DNA from: Octopus vulgaris
Lineage: Eukaryota
Reading direction: 5' to 3'
Assembly: GCA_951406725.2 (NCBI GenBank)
Contig: OX597818.1
Coordinates: 46,872,001 to 46,936,000 of the forward strand
Length of the DNA stretch: 64,000 nucleotides
The position numbers and the translations under genes were made by a program. The notes beneath the pieces are model-generated. The model saw nothing but the letters and a program-made list of their open reading frames with translations. It had not been told where the DNA came from and ran no database searches. Positions 37,074 through 50,930 of the stretch are shown one piece after another (the stretch's first letter is position 1; every line of letters starts with the position of its first letter).

Positions 37074-40000
37074 TTCCACTGGACTAGCTGTCTAAACTTC
37101 ATATTTTAGTATTTCAGAAGTTTTGGTGTCACTGCAGCAAACAAATTTGTTTTTGAGACAGAATATTATTATTTTGATGTATTAATATTTGTTAGATTAT
37201 AGAGTAGATAATTTTAAGATAGATTTGTATTGTTTATTTGGTAAAAGCATCAGAAGAAATACTGTGAAATTGCCATGAGGGATGGATTGTCCAAGCAGAG
37301 TTTGCTTTCAGTTTAAACCTATCAGAAGAGAAATAATTGAAAGACAGCAAACATATTTCATGTTTGAGAAACTGAGTGAGACAGAGGGAGAAGGAAGTGA
37401 AGGAGAAGCAGGTGAGGATGGGGTGGAGGGGAAAATTGAGTAGAGAGGGGCTGTGGAGAATCATCATCATCGTTTAATGTCCACTTTCTGTGCTAGCATG
37501 GGTTGGACAATTTGACTGAGGACTGGCGAACCAGATGGCTGCACCAGACTCCAATCTGATCTGGCAGAGTTTCTACAGCTGGATGCCCTGCCTAACGCCA
37601 ACCACTCCGAGAGTGTAGTAGGTGCTTTTACGTGCCACCGGCATGAGGGCCAATCAGGCAGTACTGGCAACGGCCACGCTCGAATGGTGATTTTATGTGC
37701 CACCTGCACAGGAACCAGTCCAGTGGCACTGGCAACGACCTCACTTGAATGTGTTTTCACATACCACCAGCACTAGTGCCAGTAAGGCGACGCTAGTAAT
37801 GATCACATTCAAATGGTGCTTTTTACGTGCCACTGGCATGGAAGCCAGTCAGCTGCTCTGGCAACGAGGATTACCAAATTATAAAGAGATGTAGTAGTAG
37901 AAGAAAAAACTTTCATTGTAACTCATCAGTTTTTGTTTTCATGTTTTCAGAGGGTTGGAAAATTCATTGGACTTTGTAAAGATCCTGTGTCTGGAAATAT
38001 TTGGGCATACACTTCCCAACACATCTATAGTTATAAGGTTAACCAGGAGTACAGGTTTGTTGTTCTTATATTGTTCAATTCCTTTTTCCATAACTAAAAC
38101 CTCAATATATATTCTTTTATTCTTATATTGGTTTCAGTGAGAGGCTCTGGCCATCTTGAGGTGCTGCCTTTATGTTTAGTTTATGTTTAATTTCAGAATT
38201 CATTTTGTTTTTTATTATCAGACATACGCTTATACAATTTGTTCTTATATATATCTCTTCTGACTGTATCATCATCATCATCATTATCATTTAGTGTCTG
38301 TTTTCCATGCTGGCATGGGTTAGACGGTTTGACTGAAACTAGTAAGCTGGAGGGCTGCACATGGTTCCAATCTGATTTTGGCTTGGTTTCTACAGCTGGA
38401 TGCCCTTCCTAGCACCAACCACTCCAAGAGTGTAATGGGTGCTTTTTACGTTCCAGTTACGTGACACCAGCATCGGCCATGACTACGATTTCACTTGGTT
38501 TGATAGGTCTTCTCAAGCAAAGCATATTGCCAAAGGTGCCAGTCACTTGTCATTGCCTTTGTGAAGCCCAGCATTTGAAGATCATGCTTCATCACCTTGT
38601 CCCATGTCTTACACACATACACACACACGTTTGTCCTCTCCTTGGCCACTCCTTTGACAACCAGTATTCATTTGCTTACAAACCTGTAACTTAGCAGTTC
38701 TGCAAGAGAGACTGATACAGTAAGAACAAAACTTAAAACAAAAAGGAAAGTACTGGGTTGATTTGTTCAACTAAACCCTTCAAGGTGGTGTCCCAGAATG
38801 GCCACAGTTCAATTACTGAAACAAGTGAAAGATAAAAAATTTCACTATAAACATCATTTCCTGCTATCTCTTTTACTCTTTTACTTGTTTCAGTCATTTG
38901 ATTGCGGCTATGCTGGAGCACCACCTTTAGTCGAGCAAATTGACTCCAGGACTTATTCTTTGTAAGCCTAGTACTTATTCTATCAGTCTCTTTTGCCGAA
39001 CTGCTAAGTTACGGGGACGTAAACACACCAGCATCGGTTGTCGAGCAATGTTGGTAGGGGACAAACACAAACACACATACATATATAGACGACGGGCTTC
39101 TTTCAATTTCTGTCTACCAAATCCAGTCACAAGGCTTTGGTCGGCCCGAGGCTATAGTAGAAGACACTTGCCCAAGGTGCCATGCAGTGGGACTGAACCC
39201 GGAACCATGTGGTTCGTAAGCAAGCTACTTACCACACAGCCACTCTTACGCCTATGATATACAGGATTTTTTAGAGGCAAGGTACATATATCAAATGAAG
39301 ACCCTGAACTATTTAAAACAAAGTAGTTTGTAAAGTTAATGAGTTAGATGTGTCTAACAATTCTAATCATTTCATCATTTTCCAAAATTATTTTGTAATT
39401 TACTAAGCAATCCATTCTTATCAAGCTATTTTTAATACCATTATTTTCATTTATATTTGTAAGTGTTTCATATGCCTACATTATTCATATAAAGGTTTTT
39501 GAAATTCTTTTCTGTTTATTGTATTAGCTATATATTTTAAAATTTCTTTTTGCAGGGATGTCTGGCGGATCTATCTTGACCAAGGCAAATTTGACCAAGC
39601 TAAAGAATATTGTCGAGTAATAATGCTTTTTAATTATTTTCACATCTTGTTTAAAAATTCAGGTATTATCTTAACAAATCCTAAAGGTACATTTGAGGTC
39701 ATAATAATGTATCTGATGCAGAGTGATAAAAGGTTTAAGATTATTGTTTTTATAATTTAAAATAGATATTTCCTACAAGCATAGTGATCATTAATAGTAT
39801 GTCTCTCAAAGTTAATTTACATGGGTAGAGAAAAGTCTGATCATTGTTTGTAAGTAAGAGACAACCATAGACATGTTTCAGTCTCTTTAACCTCATAGGC
39901 TATTCTTTATCCTTGGTATATAAATAAACTTTGAGTGACCAATTCTTAATTTCTTGAAATGATTGCCTTCCTTCCTTTGAGAGTCATTGACAATTACTGC

Positions 40001-43000
40001 TAATTTTCTGTTTTCTTTCTCCAATTAAGAGGAAAATTTCAATAAATTGGTTGCCATGTTTACCACAATTAATATTCTGATTTGTTTTTTCATACCAGTA
40101 GTTCATTTGAGCTATTTCCCTTCTTTATTTTTTTTCTATTACACACATTAGAGGGCTAAAAATTATTTGTAACTCTTTTGCTACCAGTAAAGCTATTTGT
40201 CATCTGATCGCATCTTATAGCTTGAAACATGCTTCAATCCTTATCGTTTATTCTGTTAATCTTACTTAATCTCACCTTTGTCTCTCTTGGATCAGTTCAA
40301 TATTTTACTAATGTAAATTCTGTAATATACACCAAATATTTTTTTTTTACAAAACTACAAACGAGGGTCACCTAATGATGACTTGAAAGTAGTTGCCCAT
40401 GCTTCATGTGGTTTAATGTGTCTAATAATAGCCTGTTTTCTATCCTATCCTAAGTGAACTCAACAGAAGGTTTCACCAAAGCAAATCAGAATACAAATTA
40501 TAGTAAATATAGTAACCAGTACAAGTTATACTAAAGTAGTGCCACAGCTCATAAGCTGAAACTAGAATCAATCAATCAAAAAACAACAAAAGGCTATTTT
40601 TAGCAGTGTTTCAGTTGTACCCATCATCAACATATCACTAAGAGTTTTCTTCATGTTTTAGGACAATAGGATGCAATTAGACGAAGTAATGACTAAAGAA
40701 GCAGACCATCTTTTTTCTTTAAAAAGGTAAGTTCTAGTTTAATTACTATCAATTCATACCAGTTCATTTAAGAGTTGTTTTTCTGTGTATGCGTTAATGA
40801 GCAAGATTGACTGTTCTATTTATCAACACACCATTTATTCAGAAGAGATGTGGTGACATCACCCCTATGAGAACTTGGATACTGTTCCCAAATGCATTCA
40901 TTAATATTGGTTTCAAATTTTGGCACAAGGCCAGCAAGTTTGGGGGAGGGGATAAGTTGATTACATCACCCCCATTGCTCAACTGGTACTTATTTTATTG
41001 GCCCTGAAACATGAAAAGTGAAGTTGACTTCAGCAGAATTTGAACTCGGAATGTAAGGACGAACAAAATGTCCAGCGTGGTAATGATTCTGTCAGCTCAC
41101 CACTTTAATGCATTCGTTAATATTAAAAATTATTTAAGCACAAGAAAAAAACTGTAAATTCTGTTGTTACTCTCTTTACTCTTTTACTTGTTTCAGTCAT
41201 TTGACTGCGGCCATGCTGGAGCACCGCCTTTAATCGAGCAACTTGACCCCGGGACTTATTCTTTTGTAAGCCCAGTACTTATTCTATCGGTCTCTTTTGC
41301 CGAACTGCTAAGTTACGGAGACATAAACACACCACCATCGGTTGTCAAGCAATGCTAGGGGGACAAACACAGACACACAAACACACACACACATATATAT
41401 ATACATATATACGACGGGCTTCTTTCAGCTTCCGTCTACCAAATCCACTCACAAGGCATTGGTTGGCCCAAGGATATAGTAGAAGACACTTACCCAAGGT
41501 GCCACGCAGTGGGACTGAACCCGGACCCATGTGGTTGGTAAGCAAGCTACTTACCACACAGCCACTCCTGCGCCTATTGTTCTGACTTTTTCCAAAGTGC
41601 TTGTGTTAATCTAGATGAGATGCAGGTTAGTTTAGTGCCAGAGAGAAGCACCACTGATGCTATATTCCTGGTAAGGCAGCTGCAGAAGTACCTAGCCAAA
41701 AATAAACCTCTGTACTTGGTTTTTGTTGACACAGAGAAAGCCTTCAACAGGGTCCTCTGCTCCCTTATCTGTTGGTCAATGCAGTAACTAAGGGTAGTTG
41801 ACAGTTAGTGAGAGCTGTACAAACCACGTGCAGGGATGCTGTCAGTAAGGTGAGGGTTAGCAGCGAGTATAGCAATGAATTCAGTGTACAAGTAGTTTAT
41901 CAAGGATCAGTCCTGACCCCTTCTCCCCACCGTTCTTCATAGTCCTCCAGGTAATAACAGAAGAATTTGAATCAGACTGCCCCTGGGAACTCCTTTATGC
42001 TGGTGATGACCTTGTTCTTATAGCTGAATCACTACCAGAACTGGAGCAAAAAAATTTCAGGTGTGAAAGCAAGGTCTGGAACAAAGAGCCTTAGAGTTAA
42101 TTTAGCAAAAACCCAAGTCTTAGTAAGTAGGAAAGCTGACAAATCACAAATCCCTTCAGATAGATGGCCCTGCTCAATATGTAGAAAAGATGTAGGTAGA
42201 AATTTCATAACATGTACCCAGTGCATTAAAGGCGCAGGAGTGGCTGTGTAGTAAGTAGCTTGCTTACCAACCACATTGTTCCGGGTTCAGTCCCACTGCA
42301 TAGCACCTTGGGCAAGTGTCTTCTACTATAGCCTCGGGCCGACCAAAGCCTTGTGAGTGGATTTGGCAGATGGAAACTGAAAGAAGCCCATCGTATATAT
42401 GTATATATATATGTGTGTTTGTCCCCCAACATTGCTTGACAACTGATGCTGGTGTGTTTACGTCCCCATAACTTAGCACTTCGGCAAAAGAGACTGATAG
42501 AATAAGTACTAGGCTTACAAAGAATAAGTCCTGGGGTCGATTTGCTCGACTAAAAGCGGTGCTCCAGCATGGCCGCAGTCAAATGACTGAAACAAGTAAA
42601 AGAGTAAAGAGTGCAAGCTATGAACACAGGAGGTGTAGCAATATCAGAGGAAGGTTAACAGGGAAAATAGTTTTTGTATGTGGCAGATGTACAGGTACAA
42701 TACACACTAGAAATGTACAGAAAATAGACTCCATCAAGTAGCAGGTGGGGGTACCTAGAAGCAATTGATAGTTTCCCCTATCTAGATGACCAAGTCAGCA
42801 GTGGAGGTGGATGCTCTGAGAACATAGCTGCTAGAATAAGAATAGGCTGGGCAAAATTCTGAGAGCTTCTACCTTTGTTGATAACAAAGAGCCTCTCTCT
42901 CAGAGTGAAAGGCATATTGTATAATGCCTATGTGTGAACAGCTACACTACATGGCAGTGAAACAAGGGCTGTGACTGCAGAGGACATGTGGACATGTGAA

Positions 43001-45148
43001 AGCTCGAAAGAAATGAAGCTAGTATGCTTCACTGGATGTACAATGTCAGTGTGCACATTCAACAAAGTGTAAGCATCTTGAGAGAAGAACTGGGCATAAT
43101 AGGCATCTGATGTGGTGTGCAAGGAAGATAACTGTGCTAGTAAAGTCATGTAACGTGTATGGACAAGGACAGCCGTGTAAAGAAGTTCTGATCTCTAACT
43201 GGAAGGAAGCTGTAGAAGAGGTAGACCCAGGAAGATATGGAATGAGGTAGAGAAGCATGATCTTTGAATGTTGGGTGTCATGGAAGTGAAGACAAATGAC
43301 TGAGTCCTTTGATGATTTGCTTTGCTTGAGAAGATTCATCAAGCCAAGTGAAATTATAATTATTACCAGTGCCAATGACATATAAAAGGACCGACTACAC
43401 TATTGGTGTTAGGGCATCCAGCTGTAGAAACCAAGCCAAAATAAGACTGGAACCTAGTACAGCTCTCCAGCTGAGCAGTTCCTGTCAAACTAGCTAACCC
43501 ATGCCAGCATGGACAATGGACAATAAATGATGAGGATGATTTCAGTTGAAACACTCTCTTTATTTCAATCAATTTCAAAAATGATGAAAATAGAGTGAAA
43601 TTATTTTCATATTATCAAGCTGATGTTTTGAACATAAATTAACATGAAATTCTAATGAGAAATTTTAATTGAAATTACTTTAAAACAAAATGTTTGTACC
43701 CTAGAACCAGGAACAGTCTCAGATGGGTTGATGCCAAAAGGGTTCATTCTTATTTTGACTATTTGTACTTCTGCTAACACCAATCACTATTTCACTACTT
43801 TTTCTTCTAGTTTTCCCATCATTCCATAACTAAGTTGTCTTGTATACTAACATCTAATACTTTTAATACCATATCATTTAGAAATGTGGAGGCATGTGGC
43901 TTAGTGGTTAGGGTGTCAGCATCTTGATCATAAGATTGTCGTTTCAATTCCTGGACCAGGCAACACGTGTTCTTGAGCAAAACACTTCATTTTATATTGC
44001 TCAAGTCCACTCAGCTGGCAAAAATGAGTAATGCTGCGATGGACTGGCATCCCATCCAGCTGGGGAACATATACGCCATTGAAACCAGGAACCGGGCCCA
44101 TGAGCCTGGCTAGGCTTTAAAAAGGGTGCATTTATTATTATTTTTTATTTTTTTGAAATAAAATAAGATGAAGCAAAAAGAACAACTGGATAAGATATTA
44201 ACTGTTAAGTTCATGAGCCTCATCAGAAAAGATTTTATCTGTCATCTGCTGAACAGCAACTAAACACTAACCCTTGAAATCCCTTTAGAGTTTATGGCAT
44301 CCCTAAAAGGAATTTAACCAGAAACTATTTGAGCAACATTTGTGTTTTATATAAGTTCTTAACTGATTTTTAAAATGTTTATCTTAATACTTGTTCCTAC
44401 TTCTTATGTAGATATAAAGAAAGTGCTGTCATGTACGCTAACACAGAAAGTTCTTTTGAGGAAATTGCATTAAGGTTTATTAACCTTGAAGATAAAGAAC
44501 CTCTAAAAGCTTTCCTTACACAGAAACTGAATAGTCTTAGGGTCCAGGTAAGTGTAAATTTGTTCTAATATTTTAGCAGTTTATGTTCTGGACTTTACTG
44601 TATTTACTTGCATGTTTGTTGTACTTCTGATTAGGTGTTAAAACTTAGTACAAAATTTTCTCCCTTCATAGTTTTAGCTTTGCCCCATGTATATGTCACA
44701 GCCAGTTTTTTTCAGTTAAAATCAAGTATGTAATTGCACAATTTATACCTGAGCAAATACAGTCTAATGATATTGCTTTTCTCAGTTTGGAAATTAATTT
44801 TTACAGGGAGAGTGAAACATTTAAATTTTTTTTAATTATTAAACATTTTAATTATACATGTTTAAATGTGCTTCGGTAAATTATCAATGTTGATTCATTT
44901 GTTCACTCAGTTTTATGTCCATTTTTTCATGCTGGTATGGATTAGATGAAACTTGTTGAGGAATAGTTTCTATAACCAGATGTTCTTCCTGTTGGCAGCC
45001 CTTACCAGTTTTCCCAGTAAGGGAATAGTTTCCAAGCATCATAAGTTGAAACTACAAGACTTTTTGTTTATCAAAGATTGTAAACAAAAACAGTGTTTTC
45101 ACTCAAACAGCATTAATTAGAACATGTGGTATGGCACAAGCACATACA

Positions 45149-45191
<43 letters not shown>

Positions 45192-48100
45192 ATGAATGGA
45201 TAGTTTAAAACATCACTACCTGCATTTCAGTAGTGTGGTTTAATACAGATACGAATCCATTCCATAATTTATTAGGTAACACTATGTGACTTTATAGTGT
45301 TAAACAGTCACCGTCTCATCAGGTGATATTCCAGCTGAATTGACCATTTGAATTACCTGAAATTTTTCTGAGTGCTCTGTTTAGCGAAAGAGACACAAAG
45401 ATGCTTCTTAGTTAATTTGCCATTATCTATTCAATCCCCTCAGGTTTCTTCTCTGTTTCTCTTTATCAATTCCAATCACAAGGTATGTCATCCTGCCTGT
45501 AGTAGAAGACATTTACCCAAGGTGTTGTACATAAGGACTGAATGTAGAACCTCAGGGTTGCAAAGCAAGCTTCATAACCGTAGTCATGCCCATGCAAATT
45601 ATAGATGCAAAATACATTTATGATTTTTAGCTAAAAATATAGAAATCAATATTAATAAAATTATTTCTAAATTTACAAGACATGCTTTAGCTAAAAAAAA
45701 TATAAATAAAAATAATTGTTTGATCAACTCTTATCAGTATGGAAAAATGGATATTAAAAATATTAATAATAATCATATCATAGTGGTAATAAATGCAATT
45801 AAGAGCATTTCAAGAGCCAAAAAGTTAATTAATTGATTAATTACTAATTATGAATATATTCCATTAAGCAAAACCTTGCAAAATAATGTGTGAATGAGGT
45901 CATAGTTCTAGCCAACCATTTATAGACAGGGTCTGTATACCAAGGTTTATATATCAACGTTTTTATATGACTGTTTACCAATACAGAAGTTAAGAATTAA
46001 AGAAGCTATATCAAATGTCTGTTTTTATTCTCACTTAATATTACTTGAGTCAAACTTATCTATAAGTTGTTTTTAAATGTTTTCAGTTGCATTATTTCTT
46101 CAAATAGTTTTCACTGAAACATGTCTGTTTGTAGGACCGTACCCAGATGACAATGCTTGTCACATGGCTGACTGAAATTTATTTGAATCAACTTGGAGAA
46201 CTCAAGGAACAAAATGATGAGAAAGATTCCCTGTACCCAGATCTTCAAAAAGAGTTTTGCCAATTTCTGAACCAAAGTATTATTAAAGTAAATAATTTCT
46301 TCATCATAATTGTATATGCTTTTATTTGATGAAACATTTTATCTTCCACTAAAAAATTTTTAATTCATGGAATTTTAACACTTTGATACAATGGTTCTTT
46401 TTATTGATTCTGTTAGATATTGGAAACCATTTTGATTCCTATCAGCTATTGCATTTCCATCATCTCAAAATCATTGTCTTTAAGTTTATGTTGCCCATGT
46501 TAATGTGGGCTGTGCAATACTTCTTGAGGCAGTATTTTCTGACTGGATGCCCTTTCTAATGTCAGTCCTTACTTGTCTTTCATGTAAGGTAATCTATTCT
46601 GTTGTAATCATATTGAGTCTTGCCAAACATTTTGTTTATAGCAATATCAATGAGAAAATATGCAGATACAAACTAAAACACACGCACACACCAGCCATAC
46701 AATTTCTGTTTACCAAATTTCACTGATAAGACATTGGTCAGCCTGAGGCTAAGGTAAAAGACCCTTGCTCTAGATGCCATGCAGTGGGATTGAAGTCAAA
46801 TCCACATGGTTGCAAATCAAACTTGTTCGCCATGCAGCCATACCCACACACATTCAACTGTTTGTTTTTGTTTGTTCCTTCTCGAACCATGCCTGGCTCA
46901 TAAGGGCCGGTTTCCCGGTCTCCTTGGCGTATAGGTTCCCCACCTAGATGGGACGCCGGTCTGTCGCAGGTGAGCTGCAAGATGCAGGAGGAAAGAGTGA
47001 GAGAAAGTTGTGGCAAAAGAGTCAGTAGAAGTTCGCCATTACCTTCTGCCGGAGACACGTGGAACTTAGGTGTTTTGTTCATAAACACACACATCGCCCG
47101 GTCTGAGATTTGAACCCGCGATCTCTCGACCGTGAGTCCGCTGCTCTAACCACTAGGCCATGTGCCTCCACACACAATCAACTAAACCATACAAATTCAA
47201 TGTACAGAGATGACTTCTTAGTTAAAACTTAATTTATTCCAATATGGAATTGCATCCTCAGTTATATGTAAACCCATAATCTGACAGATGTAGTAGAAAA
47301 GAGTCATTGTATGGAAACAAGCAGGTTGGAAAATAAATCTGTGTCAAAGGTCAACTGTCTGATACAACAATATATTTTTCAGGAATGTGTATGTAACAAC
47401 CGGCAAGTTATTTATGACCTGATTGCTAGCCATGGTGATGTCGAAGACTTGATGTATTTTGCCAGGTTAATGAAAGGTAATCATGTCTTTTTGTTTTGTA
47501 TTTTAAAATTTCACTTCATTTTCTTAACATCATGAAAACAATTAAATATTAACCCTAATTTTAATTCTTGTTCAAACTTCAATTTAATAGTAATCAATTC
47601 TGGAGTTTTTTTATTTATTTAATCTAAGAGATTAGGAGATTGTAGGGGTTCGCTCCTCTGCTCCCAATTTTATCAGATGCGGCTGTGCATCGTTAACCAG
47701 CTAGAGGTGTCCTCTTGGGGTTAAAACATCGCAGTAGAGTTTGCTCAAACGGACAACCATGTTAAAGTAGCTACGAATATTACTTTATTTATCAATTTAT
47801 TTTTTACTGAATAGAAAGCTAAATTTCCTTAATTTTTTTTTTAAATGACATTCACATTTAAATTGCAGTGTTCGTTAGCACACTGGACAAGATGCTTTGT
47901 GACATTACATCTGTTTTTTAGATTCTGAGTTCAAATTCCATCGAGGTTGGCGTTGCCTTTCATCTTTCTGGTGTTGATAAAATAAGTACCAGTTGAGTGC
48001 TGGAGTCAATGTAATCAACTTGCCTCCTCCTCCAAAATTGCTGGCCTTGTGCCAAAATTTTAAATCAATATTTAAGTGTGAATATCACTGTGTAATAAAA

Positions 48101-48233
48101 CAAGTTCCATTTTATTGTTCTTTATAATACATTTTTACTTTTTAATCAAGATCCCCCCCTCCCTACTCCTTTTCTATTTCTATTTCAAACTAAAATCTTT
48201 GATGGTATGAAACTATTGAATATATATAAAATA

Positions 48234-48265
<32 letters not shown>

Positions 48266-49906
48266 ATTTGATAAACATGTTTGTTTTAGGAAGGGCATCC
48301 AGATGTAGAAATCCTTTCTACTATAGGCACAAGGCCTGAAATTTTGGGTGAGGGGACTAATTGATTACATCAACCCCAGTGTTTCACTGGGACTTAATTT
48401 ATCGACCCCGAAAGCATAAAAGGCAAAGTCAACCTCGGCAGGATTCGAACTCAAAATGTAGAGACAGACAACGATTCTGCCAGCTTGCCATCTTTATAAC
48501 AATAATAATTGGACAATTCAAGAGTAAAAAGATGTTTGATAGATTCAGTAACTTACTTTACCGTGGTTGTCATTTGACATTTAAAGAGACCATCAAAGTA
48601 TTTCTTTATTTTTATTTTTCAGATTTTGAGAGAGTAATAAGTCATTATATTCAACATGAGTACTACAAAGTTGCCCTCGAGGTACTCAATGAACAAGTAA
48701 GTATTAAACTTATGAACTAGACCACTACATGTCAATAGTAGCGGCCTGAATAAGTGAGGTAGTTAGTGCTAGTTTCACAGTTCATGTGTTGATAGTTCAA
48801 AGCTGGAATTAAAAGTTTACAGTTCGAGTTAGCTTGGTTCTTAAAAGATTGTTGTTACGTTCCGTGTGGTTACTGCTGCTGGTTGCGATTATATTGTTAT
48901 TCCACTGTTGCATTGTATTCATTTATCCATAAGGATATACCAGAACTGCACCATCCAGCTGTAGAAACATTGCCTGATCAGATTGGAGCCTGGTGCAGCT
49001 GCTGGTTTTCCAGACCTCAGTCAAACCGTCCAACCCATGCCAGCATGGAAAACAGATGTTAAACGATGATGACGACGACGACGACAAATTAGTAATCAAT
49101 AAAAATGCCTAGTAGAAATATACTCTTTCAGAATGTGGCCATACTGGAGCACCGCCTAAAAATAGTGCATTTATAATTGATATTCTTTTTAATTCATTTA
49201 AAAGCCGACTCACTTTTGATACTCTCATCTATATCAATAAATAATGTCACATGAAACCATGTTGAATAAAAGAATAGAGTATAAAGGATTTAAGAGGGAA
49301 ACTGGATATAAGAGGCATCAGATGTTGTGTGCAGGAGAGAAGACTACGCTGGTTTGGTCATGTGATGTGTATGGGTGAGGACAGCTGTGTAAAGAAGTGC
49401 TGAGCTGTAATTGTGAAGGGAACTTGTAGAAGGGGTAGACCCAGGAAGACCTGGTGTGAAGTGGTAAGAAAGGATCTTCAGATGCTGGGCATCACTGAGG
49501 AAATGACAAGGGACTGGGAGTTGTGGAGAATTGCTGCACTTGAAAAGACACATCAAGCTAAGTAAAATCAATGTCATCCATACATACAGGTTTGTCTTTT
49601 ACAGGTGCTGATGCACCTGTAAAATGCATGCATGCCAGTGCTGCATAAACACACCTGTGACTGGCACATAAAAAGCATCCTGCACATTCTGCAAAGTGGT
49701 TGGCATTAGTAAGGGCATCCAGCCATAGAAACCATGCCACAGGATACAATTGGAGTTTGGACAGCTGGCTGGCTCCTGTCAAAGTGTCTAACCCATGCCA
49801 GCATCAGTGTGTGAATCTGAGAGGTGAATATGTTCAATAAAATCATGATTAACTGATCGTCTTATATTTTCTTTAACCCAAAGCCAGGAATTTTTCAGCA
49901 CCCCCT

Positions 49907-49955
<49 letters not shown>

Positions 49956-50880
49956 CTAAAGCTATGAGGGGAATAAAAATTTTGTACTAAGATTTAACAC
50001 TAAATTAGGGGTGCAACCTACACACAAGTAAATACGGTAATTTTGTTATTTACTTCATAATATTGCTTTGAATCCAAAGTGCTTGTTTCATAGCATGATT
50101 GCTGCATGTCTTTGATGGAAATAGGCAAAGTCATTAAAGCAGAGGACAAAATGCTTTGCAGTATTTGTTCCAGCTCCCTGCACTGTGAGTTCAAATTCCA
50201 CCAAGGTCAATTTTGTGTTTGTGTGTGAATGAGAGAGAGAGAGTAAATTGCAATTTTGTTTAAATTTTTAAAAATCACTCATAAAAAAAAAAGATTGTTT
50301 TAATTCCATGAGATGTGGATAATTTACTATTAAAATGAAATCTAACTCATTTTTGTAGTCATTATTGCCTTTGATAACTATTAGTAAAATAAATACTTAT
50401 GCATTCTGACATACATTGCAAGTTTTTTTGTTTTTATCTAATATGTTTTTCTCTTTTAAACATTGACAGAATCAAATGGAGCTCTTCTATAAATTTTCCC
50501 CAGTTCTTATGCAGCATATCCCTGTTGAAACAGTCAAGTCTTGGAAGAAACAACGCAATAAGCTTGATCCTAAAAGATTAATTCCATCACTAGTGCAATA
50601 CGACAGTAAAAAACACCATGAGCAAGTACGTATATTATTTATTTATTTATTCGCCCTTTTCAAGCCTAGCCAGGCTCATGGGCCCGGTTTCCTGGTTTCT
50701 GTGGCATACTACACCCGGTTTCTGTGGCAACACTACACCTGATTTTCTCCCCTCCATACACACGCAAGCATGTATCTGACTCATATGCTGTTCACTTTCC
50801 AGACATTTGTATATTACTGCATATGCTTTATACGCACTTTTGACAAGTTGTGGTGCACCTGAGCACTGTATACAATAGTT

Positions 50881-50930
<50 letters not shown>

